A stretch of DNA of 64,000 nucleotides from Bigelowiella natans CCMP2755 (Eukaryota > Protista > Cercozoa): positions 1 to 64,000 of the forward strand of contig ADNK01002094.1 of assembly GCA_000320545.1 (NCBI GenBank). Reading direction: 5' to 3'. The translations under genes and the position numbers were made by a program. Below, piece by piece: positions 27,082 through 39,724 of the stretch (positions are counted from its first letter, which is position 1; the number at the start of each line of letters is the position of its first letter). The notes under the pieces are model-generated. The model searched no databases and was not told where the DNA came from. It saw only the letters and a list, made by a program, of their open reading frames with translations.

Positions 27082-28537
27082 TGTCGTTGATGCTCCTGTC
27101 ATCATCTTCTTCAAAAACAATTCTGCTACTAACAAACTGTTACTACTCGTCATTCTCAAGGTATCTAGCCCAGTATCAAATGAATCCGATGACTCAAAGC
27201 ATCAACATGGATCATGTCCAAGGAATAGATGAGTTCGAGAGAGCTGAGATAGAAGTATTATCTGCTTTTTCGTTTTTACTTCACGCCTGCAAACTTGATA
27301 GCAACATTTCTCAAATTCTTATTAGGGTTCTCACCAAACGACGACCCGATCGTTCCATAGCCGTCCAACAACAGCATCGTCGCTCCTTACACGACTTCTT
27401 CGGGATAATTCTAACGACTTCGCCGATTATGGAGGCAAGCCCATGACATCCGATTATACACACTCAGAAAAGATGCAACATAATGATACGATATATGAAG
27501 AAGTTTTGAAGAATAAGGGGAGAGAAGCTGAAGAATCCGCGCACATGCAAAGAAATTCTGGTATAAGAAAGCACGGAGGACGCATTGCGATGGTGAATAA
27601 GAAAAAGAAGTCGATAAGGAATGCACACGAATCCAGATTTAAGAATCGCCACGCAAAGAAAGGGCACATTCGTGAGGCAGGCAAGGAAATCGCTCAGAGC
27701 GAGCGGTCTAACGTGATCTGGAGACCTCCTGTAAAAATGCGGATTGCTACCGATTTGAAGAAAGTAATTCAAGAAAGTGGCTCAAACATCATGACATCAC
27801 ATCCAAAATATTTGCAAAGATGAGTCTGAACAATGTGCATGGGGCCCGTGGTATTTTCTGATTTTGCTCTTGTGATTCAAAAGGAAACCGAGGAAAAATT
27901 GCTTAATATTACCAAAAGAGAAGAGAGTGCCAGATTATACGGTCCTCTTATGGCTCGAGATTCGACAGTGGAAGATTTAGGTCCCAATATATTATTTATG
28001 AAGAAATACGTTTTTGATAGTCTGCCGGCGCTCTTGCTTTTAATTGATTGCGTGAATAATTCTTCACCTCCTTACACCTCAGCTAAAGAGAAGATCAAAG
28101 GCAAAAAGAAAAAGTACAAAAATCCTCCTCTTGCAGGAAGCACGGGCCTCTTCAAGGCAGCAAAGCCTAAACCAAAACCACGCCCAAAGATTGGAGCATG
28201 GTATTTGGACGTTAAGTATTGGGGGAAGGAAAAAGCTGCGAATCGTATTAAAAAAAGTAGCGACTCAAAGTATAATCATGAACATAGCCAGACCTCTGTG
28301 GGTGAGGTTACCTCTTCCTCTCCAGATAACCTTGAGAGGGAAGCGACCGTAGATAGGAGAGCCCACCTCACGAAGCAAATACTGGACCTCTACATAGCCA
28401 AGGCCTATAAGGCTCACCTCAAGGATACCATGAAAAAACGACGAGGAGAGCCATACCGCATGCCCTACTTCTTAAAAGACGTTGACGATTCGGAAGTTGA
28501 ACTTCCTCGTGAGCGCACCGAATCAGAGGATTACTAA
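26648..28537 (+). CDS. Hypothetical basic protein, multi-exon
   Basis: ATG 26648 MLRDKSSSRR…FLDK|gt. Further exons lie in ORFs 27443-27823 and 27833-28537 (…IGAWYLDVKYW…ILDLYIAKAYK…MPYFL). Confidence 0.55.
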
Positions 28538-28699
28538 CAAAAAAGGGAAAAGTTATCACCTGCAGCGACTGCTATTTGTGACACATTTTTGCACAAAGCA
28601 TGCACATTACCTAGGTTCATCGCATTGGCACGATTCCTGACATGATAATGTTAGGAAATCAAAACTCTATTCTCATGCTGCACAAGTTAGTTATCGTCA

Positions 28700-29450
28700 C
28701 ATTGTCGTGATGATGCGATGCATGTCATGCAACATCATGTTTTGTGGTGGCAGCACTGCCATCAGCTAGCAGATCAGTCACATGTGCTTGGCGTGCAATG
28801 CCCGCGAGGCATGTGCGACGGATTCTGCGACTACGATACTGTGTGAGTGCGCGTCGTATTTGAAAACAATGAGAAACACAATAATGGGCACGACGAGCGC
28901 CGTACGTCACAACACAATGATGCGTGAGCGCGCGCGTTGTGCGCAATCTAGCAATGCATGCTGTGCATCTCTGCTAGCTCTGGTGCAAATGCACGATCGC
29001 CCGAATTGGCAATGCCAGAGTACAGAGTACCGCCTGCGTGCTGGAATGTGCATGCTGGTGTGTGCAAAGTGACACACACTGCACGATGAAGCTGAAGCAA
29101 CCGCACACCTGCAGCCTGAACGATCGACAATTGAGTCGGTGCATTGCATTGCTCAACTTTGGCAAACTAGCAAAGTGTCCACTAGCTAGCTAGATCGATC
29201 GTGCTGCTAGCTGGCAAGCGCGAACGTTCCTCAAACAAGTCCGACAGAAACTGCAGGCAAATGCCCAAACTGGCGTGAACCATTGTGTGGAGCACTTTGC
29301 GTCACCTGGTCGAGATGTGCTCTGCAAGCGCAAATTGGGGGGATTCATCGATTCATCGTTTGCGGCAAATCATTTTCTTATGGAAATCGAAGGAATTTCA
29401 AGCATGCGACATGCATCGTTTTATTGAAGCAACAATTTCATCTTTTCAAA
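28700..29450. other. TpA-depleted island D
   Basis: Core 29030-29375 has TA only in CTAG, including actagctagctag. Confidence 0.75.
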
Positions 29451-29743
29451 ACTTCAAAACCACAACAACTCAAGAATACACAATATCATCAATAGGCACG
29501 CTTGCAGCTACTACATTGGCATCCATTTGATTTGAAGGGAATTTGTATGACACAATGTGTAAAAGCACCTATTCATTTGTAGAATTCTCGAGAGAATTGT
29601 ATTTCTTTTCAAAATGCACATTGCATTCCAACACCGAATGGGAGAGGTCACAGAGATTGATGTGCCACAGCGATTCAACATTTCAACATTGTTTCAAAGT
29701 TAAACCACTCTCAATTGTGCATTAACTCTTTAGGACTGAGGAG

Positions 29744-31510
29744 ATGAATTGGATGGGCGGAGCACGAAAGCGACACTTCGTTCCAAAGAAGAATCAAAAA
29801 CTTCGTGATCAGTTTGCAAAGAGAAAGGCATCTCTTCAGCAAAACCTCAAGCAAAATGACGAAGAGCACATGAACCGACCTCAATCCCAAAGCAACATTT
29901 CGGGATCCTCAAATTTTACAAAGTCATTAGAATTTAGGAGCTTAAAGAGAATCCCGAGAATCAATCCCACTATAGGCCATCTTTCAAAGTCAAAACCAAA
30001 GCCAAAGCAATCTGAATCGACAGTTCCCAAAAATGCAAGAAGAAAGCACATCAAATTTACTGAAAACAGAAAAGCTAATTCATTTAAGAACACAAGAACA
30101 TCCAGCTCAACACCTTATCGATCAAAAAGGAAAGAAGTTGATGATCCCAAGGATCCACATTACTTTGATCAATTTTATGAATCAACATTCCCACATAATG
30201 AGCTTCAAAATTCACCATTCAATGCATCCCTCAATGGGCGTAAAATTACTACTCACAAGAAACATATAAAATTCAATCCCAGTAGCTACACCGTTGATTG
30301 TCAAGATAATGAACTTCGTCAGGACCAAATTATGAAAAGGTCGACTGATTTACATTCAGCAAAGAGTGAGGACCGGATCTCTGATCCAGAATCTCCAGAA
30401 AAACTACGTGAAAATAAAAGCATCGAAGAACTTTCATCTGGACATCTGCTTCAAATTCAGGACAAGGAAAGCGAAAGATTTTCCCAGAAAATAATTGAAT
30501 CTCCAGTGCTGCAACATTCATATTTCAATGACAATGAGAAACGTCCAGAAGTTCAAATTGTGGGAAATCCTAATGATTTGCCAATCTTTCGAAGCAGGTT
30601 TTCTAGTTTGGTCGAGAGCATAGGAGGGGAAAGAAGGGTAAGAATATCAGTTACTATCTTTCATGATGACTGACCGCTTCTTACATGCCAGATGGGATAT
30701 GTCCCGTTAATCAAAAGTCAAAAAGAGGATCTGTTCGGGAATAGTTATGAAGAACGGACAGCAGCACGTGATGATGGAGACCAATTATCAGAAAAAGTTA
30801 AATGCTTGGAAAAGGAAAAAGCTGAACTGAAACGGATCTGTTTGCGTCTTGAAAGCCAGTTGAGTGAACAATCAGGGGAACAACGTGAAATAAAGAGAAT
30901 TTTTGAGAGACTCGAAGCCCAAAACAGCAAGCAGGAGAAATTAATGCAACTTCTAAAACAAAGTGTAGACCTTAATAAAGAAGAAATAGATTCTTTAAGA
31001 CGAGAGAATCAAAGACATCGAAGTTTTCAGGAACACCCCAAAAAAAAAATTAACGAAGTGGAGTTTGCTGTCTCTCCTATTCGTTACAAAGACTATCAGA
31101 GAGACATTTCCACATGCACAGTGGATGATGATAAAGTCGACAAGAGTCCAGTAATGTCGAGATCAATCTCAGCCAATAAATTGTTGACGCAGTCATTTGG
31201 GGGAAACTTTGATGGAGTGCATGAAAAGTCGAATGGAAATTTTACCACAATCACCTCGAATGTCACAAATCCTAAAAGTTATGTCCAGGAAAATAACATA
31301 GAAGTTCTAGATGAAACCCGTGCAGTGAAAAGTAGAGATACTAATACTGACGCTCCCCATAGCAAAGATGGGTATGGTCACAATGGTCTGAGCATGTTCC
31401 GTTCTTCTTTTGGAAAAAGAAAGATAGTTGTGTGCAATGTTGAGCTCGAAAAACGTGGAGGAAAACTAGTTGGAAGTTTTGATCTAATGAAATCTGATGA
31501 AAATTTGTGA
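29744..31510 (+). CDS. HEIP1/REDIC1 (C12orf40)-like protein: conserved N-terminal motif, disordered middle, coiled coil
   Basis: Begins MNWMGGARKR…QKLRDQFAKRK, similar to the MNWxGGxRxR…Q(K)xxF motif of the family. One phase-0 intron, 30638-30691, joins the two ORFs. Confidence 0.6.
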
Positions 31511-31639
31511 AACATCTTCTACTCCATGCAGCATGTCCATGCTTTCAAAGAGTAGCCTTGTGAGAGATCATCAGACACAAAGTGTAGATGCATGCAACAT
31601 GCTTACACCACTATAGACCAGTACACATCATGCCTTGCT

Positions 31640-31975
31640 TTCGCTATGCTAGCATGGTTGGGAAGTTTGAAATCACAGTGCTAGAGTGGAACACGCCCGC
31701 TATGTTTTTGCCCAGAGGTTTAGATGCATGAGAAGCAGTTGTTGAAGAGAAAATGCTGCACACTGCTAGACTGTTTGCTTCGCGGATTGCCCGCCCAGCC
31801 CACTACGACTATGATAGACATGCAGCTGGAACACACACATGCAACATCACTGCGTCCATTGCCGTGTCCATCATGACTAGTCAATGCGCATGCTAGCATG
31901 ATGAGGCATGGCATGCATGCGACATGCCTTGATGCATGCCATGTTGATCATGCATCAATGCATGTGTCGATCTGT
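31640..31975. other. TpA-depleted island E
   Basis: gcatgc/catg runs; about half of the residual TA is in CTAG; lies between convergent 3' ends. Confidence 0.7.
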
Positions 31976-32070
31976 TGTTAGATTTAGAGATGATCACTAC
32001 ATCGCAGCAACAATGACATGTAATGATGCCTTAATTTTAGACTGCGTGCTTGCGATCGAAGCAGCGCAAC

Positions 32071-32119
32071 TGTAGCTACATTAGGATGACTATTGAAAAG
32101 ATTTAATCACTTCATTACA

Positions 32120-32172
<53 letters not shown>

Positions 32173-32254
32173 TTAGCGCTGTAGCCGCTGCATTGCATAG
32201 CTATATAAGGATGACCATTGAACAAATTTAATTGATTAATTACATCCGTCTTAC
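32071..32254 (+). repeat. Two tandem copies of the dispersed repeat seen at 23262/23694, separated by a (CT)n microsatellite
   Basis: tagctacattaggatgactattgaaaa…ttaatcacttcatt is near-identical to the reverse complement of 23281-23326. Confidence 0.8.
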
Positions 32255-32370
32255 ATACACACATGCACAAACACCGAGCCTATGCATAGACTTAAGTGTA
32301 CATAGAGAAATTTAACTACTACAGCTAGGGAACGGGGGGGGAAGATGCGCCGAAAATCAACCTGGGCTTT

Positions 32371-34460
32371 CTATAAAGCACCAGGAGACGCATCGCTATC
32401 CTTCGTATATATTCGAAGCTCGCCTCTATCTCCTCGTGTAACTCTGAACACATCATCAAGGAATGTAACCTTAAACGTAGCGCTTCGCAGGGGAGCAGGT
32501 GGCTGGAGGAAGTCAGGCAAACGGGGAATGTCGATCTGAAGACAGGGATGACAATGATTATCGATATCGTTGGGTTGCGTATGCATGAGTAACCTGTGGC
32601 AATCCGTTCAGGCTGAGGAAACCACCAATGGCACCAATCGGCTAAGAATTAAATGGGAACACAATCAAGGGCGACATCCAACTTAAAACTTTCGACCACT
32701 CGAGGTAACCAATAAAGTTATAATTAATAGCTAACCTTGACAGTTGTGCTCTCAAAGGTGATGGTTACTTTGTTTGGTTCCTCAACTTTATAAGTATGCC
32801 TAGGCATAAAGACAATAGATAAACCACAATAGCACCATTCTCGTCGCATACATCCAGCACAATCCGTTCCAGTCGTACAAAATTCGTATGCTTTTCCGAT
32901 TACTCTCACCAAGTCCAACATAACTTAGTGTAAATATTTGTTTCGAAGCGGGAATTGCAGTTTCGAAAAACTACTCTAAGCAACAACAGTTTTTTTGGTT
33001 TTTCCTTCTAGTTGTCTTCTGGCGCTAATATCGTATTACAATTAGACTCGCACTGATCCCTAACCTCAAGCTCGCCCTGAGGGACGGAGCTTTGTCCTTT
33101 GATGCTGTATTTTGCCAGTTTGCCCCCGGAATGCGAGCTAGCGTCGCTCCTTGTTACAAAATGATGATGAGGGGGGGGAAGGGGGGGGGGGAGAGAGAGA
33201 GAGAGAGAGAGCGAAAGAGGGATAAATGTCAATGCAGCGCACCGAATCCATCTCGTCCCTGCAGCAGGTAAGAGGAAAGCTCAACCACGTTGTCCAAGTG
33301 TTGCGTGTCGATTCTCTGAGGGATTAGTAAAATTTGGCAAAATTAGCATCACGACTGTACTTGAGCCAAAAACGTGAAACCTCTTCTAGAAACATTAATT
33401 AATTCCCATGTTGCGTCCATCTCCCAAGGGATGTTTTTATCACAACTCCCGACGCTGCGACTGATCACCTGAAAGACTTGGCCCAAAGCCAGTGGTGTGA
33501 AGGCAGCAAGCGGTCCAGGTCGTGTACCACCTAGGCTCCCAGTTGTAAATCCAGACGTGTATATAAGCCGCCAGTTACCCTAATAAGAAAGAGCAAGGCG
33601 ATGGTGGGGAGGGAGGCATGAGCTACCACAGGTGAAATAAGAGGCGGCCGAATAACGACGCCGTATTAGGAGGTTTCAACCCTAAGTCTTTCCCGAGATT
33701 CAGAGCTGATGAAGTCAACAGCAGCGCCTTCAAGTTCTAGCTTCTTTGCTAACTCGTCCACTCGCTCTGCCTGTAGCGCACAATCAATCAATATACATGT
33801 AATAACGTGACTAAAAATAGGTGTGAATCTCTTCAGGGCTATTACTTCATTTGCAGATGCTGCCAACCCACGATCAAGGCTGGCCACTAGACTTAATATC
33901 TATGGAAGAATTTAGTAGGAGGACGAGGGGAGGAGGAGGTTTAGCGAGTTTGGCGGTGTGAGAATACCGCATTGTTACCTCATTTTTTAACTTAGTAAGA
34001 AGGTCCTCCTTCTCAAGCTGATAAAAGTCAAAGATATATTGGTGAATCATACGAATTTTATAATGGATAATGTTTCCCCCACGCTACTACACGGCTTTAC
34101 TCTGAAAAAATCCGTCACACAGCTGTCGTCTTCCTGCACCTTAGTTTGAAAAAAAAACTCCTTATCGCATGTTATACTAAATATTATATTAAATGAATCA
34201 AATGAGAATAGTTCATCATGTTGCAAGATGTAACCACAAATCACCTCTTGCCAGTCTCTTTTCGTTGACTTTGACGAGTGAGCTCTCAAATCCCTGCTAA
34301 GGAGAAATCGAGACAAAGGTGAGACCGTCCTTCGACGGAAATACCAGGGCTCTACCCTTCCTTTTTGGGATCGATCTAATCGAGTTTTAGGGCCTAGATG
34401 CAGGTGGTTAAGTTGGACCCTCGAAGCGGCCATGGTGAAGGTTACAAGCAGTAGCAACAT
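32371..34460 (-). CDS. Plastid lipid-associated protein / fibrillin with bipartite (signal + transit) presequence
   Basis: Exons give LVASLDRGLAAS, GNWRLIYTSGF…LGQVFQ and ATFKVTFLDDVFRVTRGDRGELRIY (PAP_fibrillin motifs). The N-terminus MLLLLVTFTMA is followed by an Arg/Ser-rich stretch. Confidence 0.85.
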
Positions 34461-34749
34461 CTATCTCCCTCCACAGTTGTATCCTCCCTATCTTCGGAAT
34501 GTGAAGCAGCCGAACGGCCCCCAAATATTCCATGCGACAACTATGGTTTGTCGTCGTCCTGCTGAATTCCAAAATGAAGTGCTCGAACAGAAGAAATGGC
34601 ACCCAGGACTAGAGGAGAGCAACTCTCGCAGCCTAGCTTCCCAAGCCCCAAGGAGCAGCACACATCATTAACAGTATCCTAAGTAGTTTACATAATAAAT
34701 ATCGCTCGGTTTTCATGGAAAAAAATGGGGTAAGGAGAAACAAACCTCG

Positions 34750-35290
34750 CCACCAGATGAAAAAAATGACATTGGCGCAGCACGCGCACGTTGATGTGGC
34801 ATTGTTGTGAAATAAAGAAAGAAACTTCCTTGAACGACTACATCACCAAAAAAAGTGTTGCATGACATTTATTATCTTGCAAAGTACGAAACGCAGTGGC
34901 ATGTGTGTGCGTAGCTGCGATGTCTGTGTGTCTAGATGGCTAAGTGGCCGCCTCTGACCATCTTTGTTACCTTGCAATGTGGTGATCGATCGACGAGCGA
35001 GCTAGCGAGCTATGGCTGCATGTGCAGCACGCGCCACAATGATCATTGTCTGCCATCATGCGAGGCGTTATTCATTGGTATCACAGCGCGTTCATTGAAC
35101 AATTGAAGAGGCATGCTACGATCGACGCAGAGCCTCTGCACTGCACGCATAGCATGGCTACATGTAATTGCAAATCCGCTTGTTGCTTGCTAGGTTGTCA
35201 TCATTATTAGTCTCAATTTTCACTGCTATCTAGTTGTGTGAGCGGGCCATTGATGCTGCATGCAAGCGTTGCACATTGACGCCACGCGCG
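34750..35290. other. TpA-depleted island F (moderate)
   Basis: Same compositional signature; downstream of the CysRS 3' end. Confidence 0.55.
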
Positions 35291-35585
35291 ATGGCCTCAT
35301 TATGAATCTCGTACGTAACAAGAAACAGGAAGGGATGTGTGACATTACAGAAGGGCAACCACAGCGACAATGTTGATATTTAATCTAATTCGGCACGCAA
35401 TAACGAGATAGCTGTTCATCACTAGGAACATCAAAACTAATCATCCAAGGAGTATAGAGGAGAGCCTACTATGTATGTAGTGAGTCTTGTTGTATTCCAT
35501 ATGCAGCGATGCATGAAACATAGACAAAAATACATTTGTCGTATTTGCACGATAAACAAAAGCGTATACCGCGGTTTGAATTGAA

Positions 35586-37904
35586 TTAGGATAGTCTTGC
35601 AAGCTCCTCCTCTGCCTTTTTTATTACTTCTTCAAGCGTTGTAGTGAAGTAGCTGGGGTCTTTATCTATTTTTTTCTTGCACTTATCAAAGTTCTTTTTG
35701 TATACCTTGAGGGCTTTCGACAGTTTCTTCCCCGTAGCTTTCTTAAGTTCCTCCTCAGTGCCATCCTGATTCTTTTGGTGCGTGGGCATCCCGTTCGCAT
35801 CAAATTGCGTGAACTTCTCTCTATCCTCGTGCAACTGTTTAAAGTACTCCCTTGGCTCTGTTTTCCCGCTCTCCTGGTAGAGCTTTATCTCCGCCTTGTA
35901 ACCGTCAATTTTCTTGCGTAGCTTAGCTGCCTTTTTCTCCTTCTGGAGTTTTTTCTGTTTCTTGAGCTCTTCCACCTCCTTCATCAGCGTCTTAGGGTCC
36001 TCGAGAGCCCACTTGCTACCGTCTTTCGTATCCGTCAACCGAACTCCCATTATAGGCAATGTTTCGTCTCGAATCTTGTCACATAGATCCATGATGTTCT
36101 TGCCACTGCCCCCGTTGCTACCCTTCATATTCTTCACTTCTGTACGCATTGCATTTCTGAAGTCGACGAACATATCCAATATGCCTTTTACAGCCTCCTC
36201 CGAAGACGATGATGATCCTGCTTCTCCTTCCAAACCGACTTGATCATTAAATATTACTCCAAACACACGTAGCATCTTTGTCGTATAAGACAGGATGTTT
36301 TTGAGCAAAAGAGGCTTGAAGTCCTCCTTTCGCATGTACTGAAATTAAGGCAAAAGAGGAATTAAAACGGAAGAAGATTATGAAAAGAGTAACGATGTTA
36401 TGAGGATTACAATGGCTACGTTTAAATCTTTCACTATGAATAGTCGTCTTGTCGTACTCGAAGGACCTCACCTTATTGCCCTCAGATATTAAGTCCGATA
36501 TTCTTTTCATTGCGTCAGCCCAGTTGAGATTGTCACATAGCGCCTTGTGTACGTCCGCTTTGATAGTCAAGTAAGCTTCATTCAGCTTCTTGTCGCTGTC
36601 ATTCCACTGCAGATAGATGGTGAACAAGCAACAACGAGAATAGGAAAGAGAAAGATGTACGACAAAAAGTATTAATGGCGGTTGGGATGTACTCGCATTT
36701 TTAAACGTAAAATTCAAACACAAGCCTTGAGCCCGATATACTACCAGCATGATAGTAGGGAGAGATGAGCATCATCTTCCTACTTTTGGCACAGCAGCTA
36801 CTACCTATCTGTCTAATTACGGACACCTTTTGAAGCATTTTAGAAGGAAGGGGCTTGTTCCTAAGGGTTGCTTGGGCATCGCTGAAAAACGACTTTATTT
36901 GCTTCTCCTTTGAGAGAATCTCCAGCAGAGAATTTTCGTCAAAGTTAATCTCTGAGTCCCATTTAGCCAGAAGGAACATTAGCCTCAACTGACGCGGACT
37001 GTTGGATTGCAATGCCGCACGGATTGTGGTGAAATTCTTGAGAGATTTGGACATTTTTCTGCCTTTAACATGTAGGTGACCAGCATGCATCCAGTAGTTG
37101 ACCCACTGGTGCGTATCGAAGAACGCCTCAGACTGAGCAATCTCGTTGTCATGATGCGGAAACTTAAGATCGGAACCCCCACCGTGGATATCAAAATTAT
37201 TTCCGAGGAGCTCTCCGGACATTGCTGAGCACTACGAAAAAACACACATAAAGAAACCAAGTTTGAGAAATAATCAGACTATTTGTGAATATGATCTAAG
37301 ACAAGTACAGGTTCTTTAGTTCTCCAATAATGCATAATTGATGTCACTAAAAGAATTCCTACAACAACAACGACAATAAAAATTGCTGCTACAGTTTCAA
37401 CCCATCTAAACCCACTAAACTACTAGTTTGTTTCTCCTCCTCCCTCCTCTTCCTCCTCCTCCGTATCTAACGTCACCTCAATGTGCCATCCCGGACGTCC
37501 ATAACCCCATGGCGAGTCCCATTGAGGCTCTCCCTTCTTCGATTTCTTCCATAGTGCAAAATCGCTCTGGCTTTTCTTTTCTCCGGATGATCCGAGGGCT
37601 CCTTCTCCTTCCTCCCCCAGCTTCGTGTTCATTGCGCACTCAGGTCTCAACTTGCAGTATTGGTGGCATGTAGAGAATTGAGCGACATTGAAGTAGACGG
37701 ATCCATTCGATTCATACGCCATGCCCTTCTTAATAAGTGTCTGGACGAATTCCACAATCTCTTCTATATATTCTGAGACTCTTGTTAATACTGACGGCAT
37801 TCGAATACCGAGACTCTTGAGATCGTCAAGAAACTCCTGTTCGTACCTTGATATGGATTGTATGTATTATGTGTGGGAAAGGATTTTACAATTTCGCTCT
37901 TTCA

Positions 37905-37939
<35 letters not shown>

Positions 37940-39167
37940 CCTCTCCCACTCTCCCACTCTCCCTCCCCCCCCCTTTCTCCTGCATATAATATTCACAACA
38001 ACCATCCCATAGGATGTAGTGCTCCCACATCATTCCGACACATTGTTATCATTTTATCATTTTTGTTTGTACAACGGTACCTTGCAGCATGATCTCTAAA
38101 TATTGAATGGTCTGTTACAGTGTGTCCTTCCTTCTTGTCCAAAAGATATGAGACTTCCGATTTCACTATGTTAAGCAAACCAACGATGACGTCGGTATCC
38201 TTTGCCCCACTCTTGCCCTGTTTTTCAATGTATTCCGTGGCTTCCTTCTCCGCTTTTTCTACATTTCCCAACTTCACTTTTTCATTTTCAACCATCTCCT
38301 TCAACTCGTCCCTGTCTTTCGACTTTGTGGTCTGCTTCAAATCCTCTTCAAGAGTTTTGATCTTTTTGTTGTGCTTATCCTTGACTGTTTTTATGGAATC
38401 CTGCACGTCCTTGCATACTTTATTCAAGTCTGTCAAACAAATACCGTTGCTCAAGGTCTTGGAAACAATGTTACAAAGAGGGGGCTAAAAACCTTTGGCT
38501 CCTTTTTGATAGAGATCAAAGAGATAATTCTGTCGAGCTCGAAGGATAATTTTATCATCCACGTCGGTTATGTTCATCACATAAAATATATCGTAGCTGT
38601 AAACACCAACAATATTGCTCAAAAACCCAAACAACAAGCTTTAGAATAAACTTTTGTTTATAGACTGACCCGAAGTAGTCTGTTAGGATTCGAAGGATGA
38701 TGTCGAATGTGAGATATGCCCTGGCATGACCAAGATGAGCAGAGTCGTAGACAGTTGGCCCACACACATAGATTTTGACGCTTTGTCCTGCTGGATCAAT
38801 CGGCACAAAATCGATTTTCTTCTTTCCCCAGCTGTTAACCAGTTTCAAGCCCCTGGCGGGGTTCTTGGGAATGTTCATCTTACCGTCTATCTGTTAAGAG
38901 GAGAAAATCACAAACACCAAGGAAGAAAGGGATTCTGTATTCAATTAAAGGGAGGATGGCTACTAGTTGGCACATACAGAATCGACTGGTTGTTGTAGAA
39001 AGTAAGATATGTTCGTTCTGTGGAATTTGCTGCGTATAAAAAGCCTCTCTCTCTCTCTCCATGCGCACAAACACAGCGCTGCTACGTACATCTCGGAGGA
39101 GTGCGAACTCTGGGAAAATGATGCTTAATGCTAGTAAAGTTGAAAGCAGTAATTGAAAAAAATGCAT
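35586..39167 (-). CDS. CARS: Cysteinyl-tRNA synthetase, eukaryotic cytosolic type; start at 38878 or at upstream ATG 39167
   Basis: [19 protein letters not shown] (HIGH), [48 protein letters not shown], and the anticodon-domain CDKIRD. Confidence 0.96.
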
Positions 39168-39724
39168 GATATATCGTACCTACGACATCAAATGTCGGCA
39201 AAGTTAACACGGCCTTCATTCTCGTGTATTTTGGATGAAGGTCAAAAGAACGTATGCGTTGTTTTTTCCCCGAATTTTCATTCGTTTGCGTGATATCGAG
39301 GAAGCTCTTTCATCCTTTTTCATAAATACGACTAAATAAAATCTCAGACATCAATGCTAAAGATGTGCTATTTCGTAAAATGTTCCTCTTCTTTAGAAAA
39401 AGACAATGATGAGTCAATTTACGATATAAAGACAAGATTTCTGTGTTCGAGTGGTTGTTCAGCTCTATATTCAGATTTTCTTTAGTGGAATGTCAGCATT
39501 AATAGATCAAATGTCATAATATATATTCCAAGAGACAACATTTTAGGCAGTGATATGTCATATGAATAGGTAAATCCCTCAAAAACTTACGAATCATATT
39601 ATGTTTACAAATACTGGAAAAGGGCTTCTGCTGAAGTCTGAACTCTGAGTAGGAGAGTGCAGTTAAGCAAACGGGTGAGGAGAAAGAGCGAGGATAGGTT
39701 GCACAGAGAAAAACTCGAACAAAG

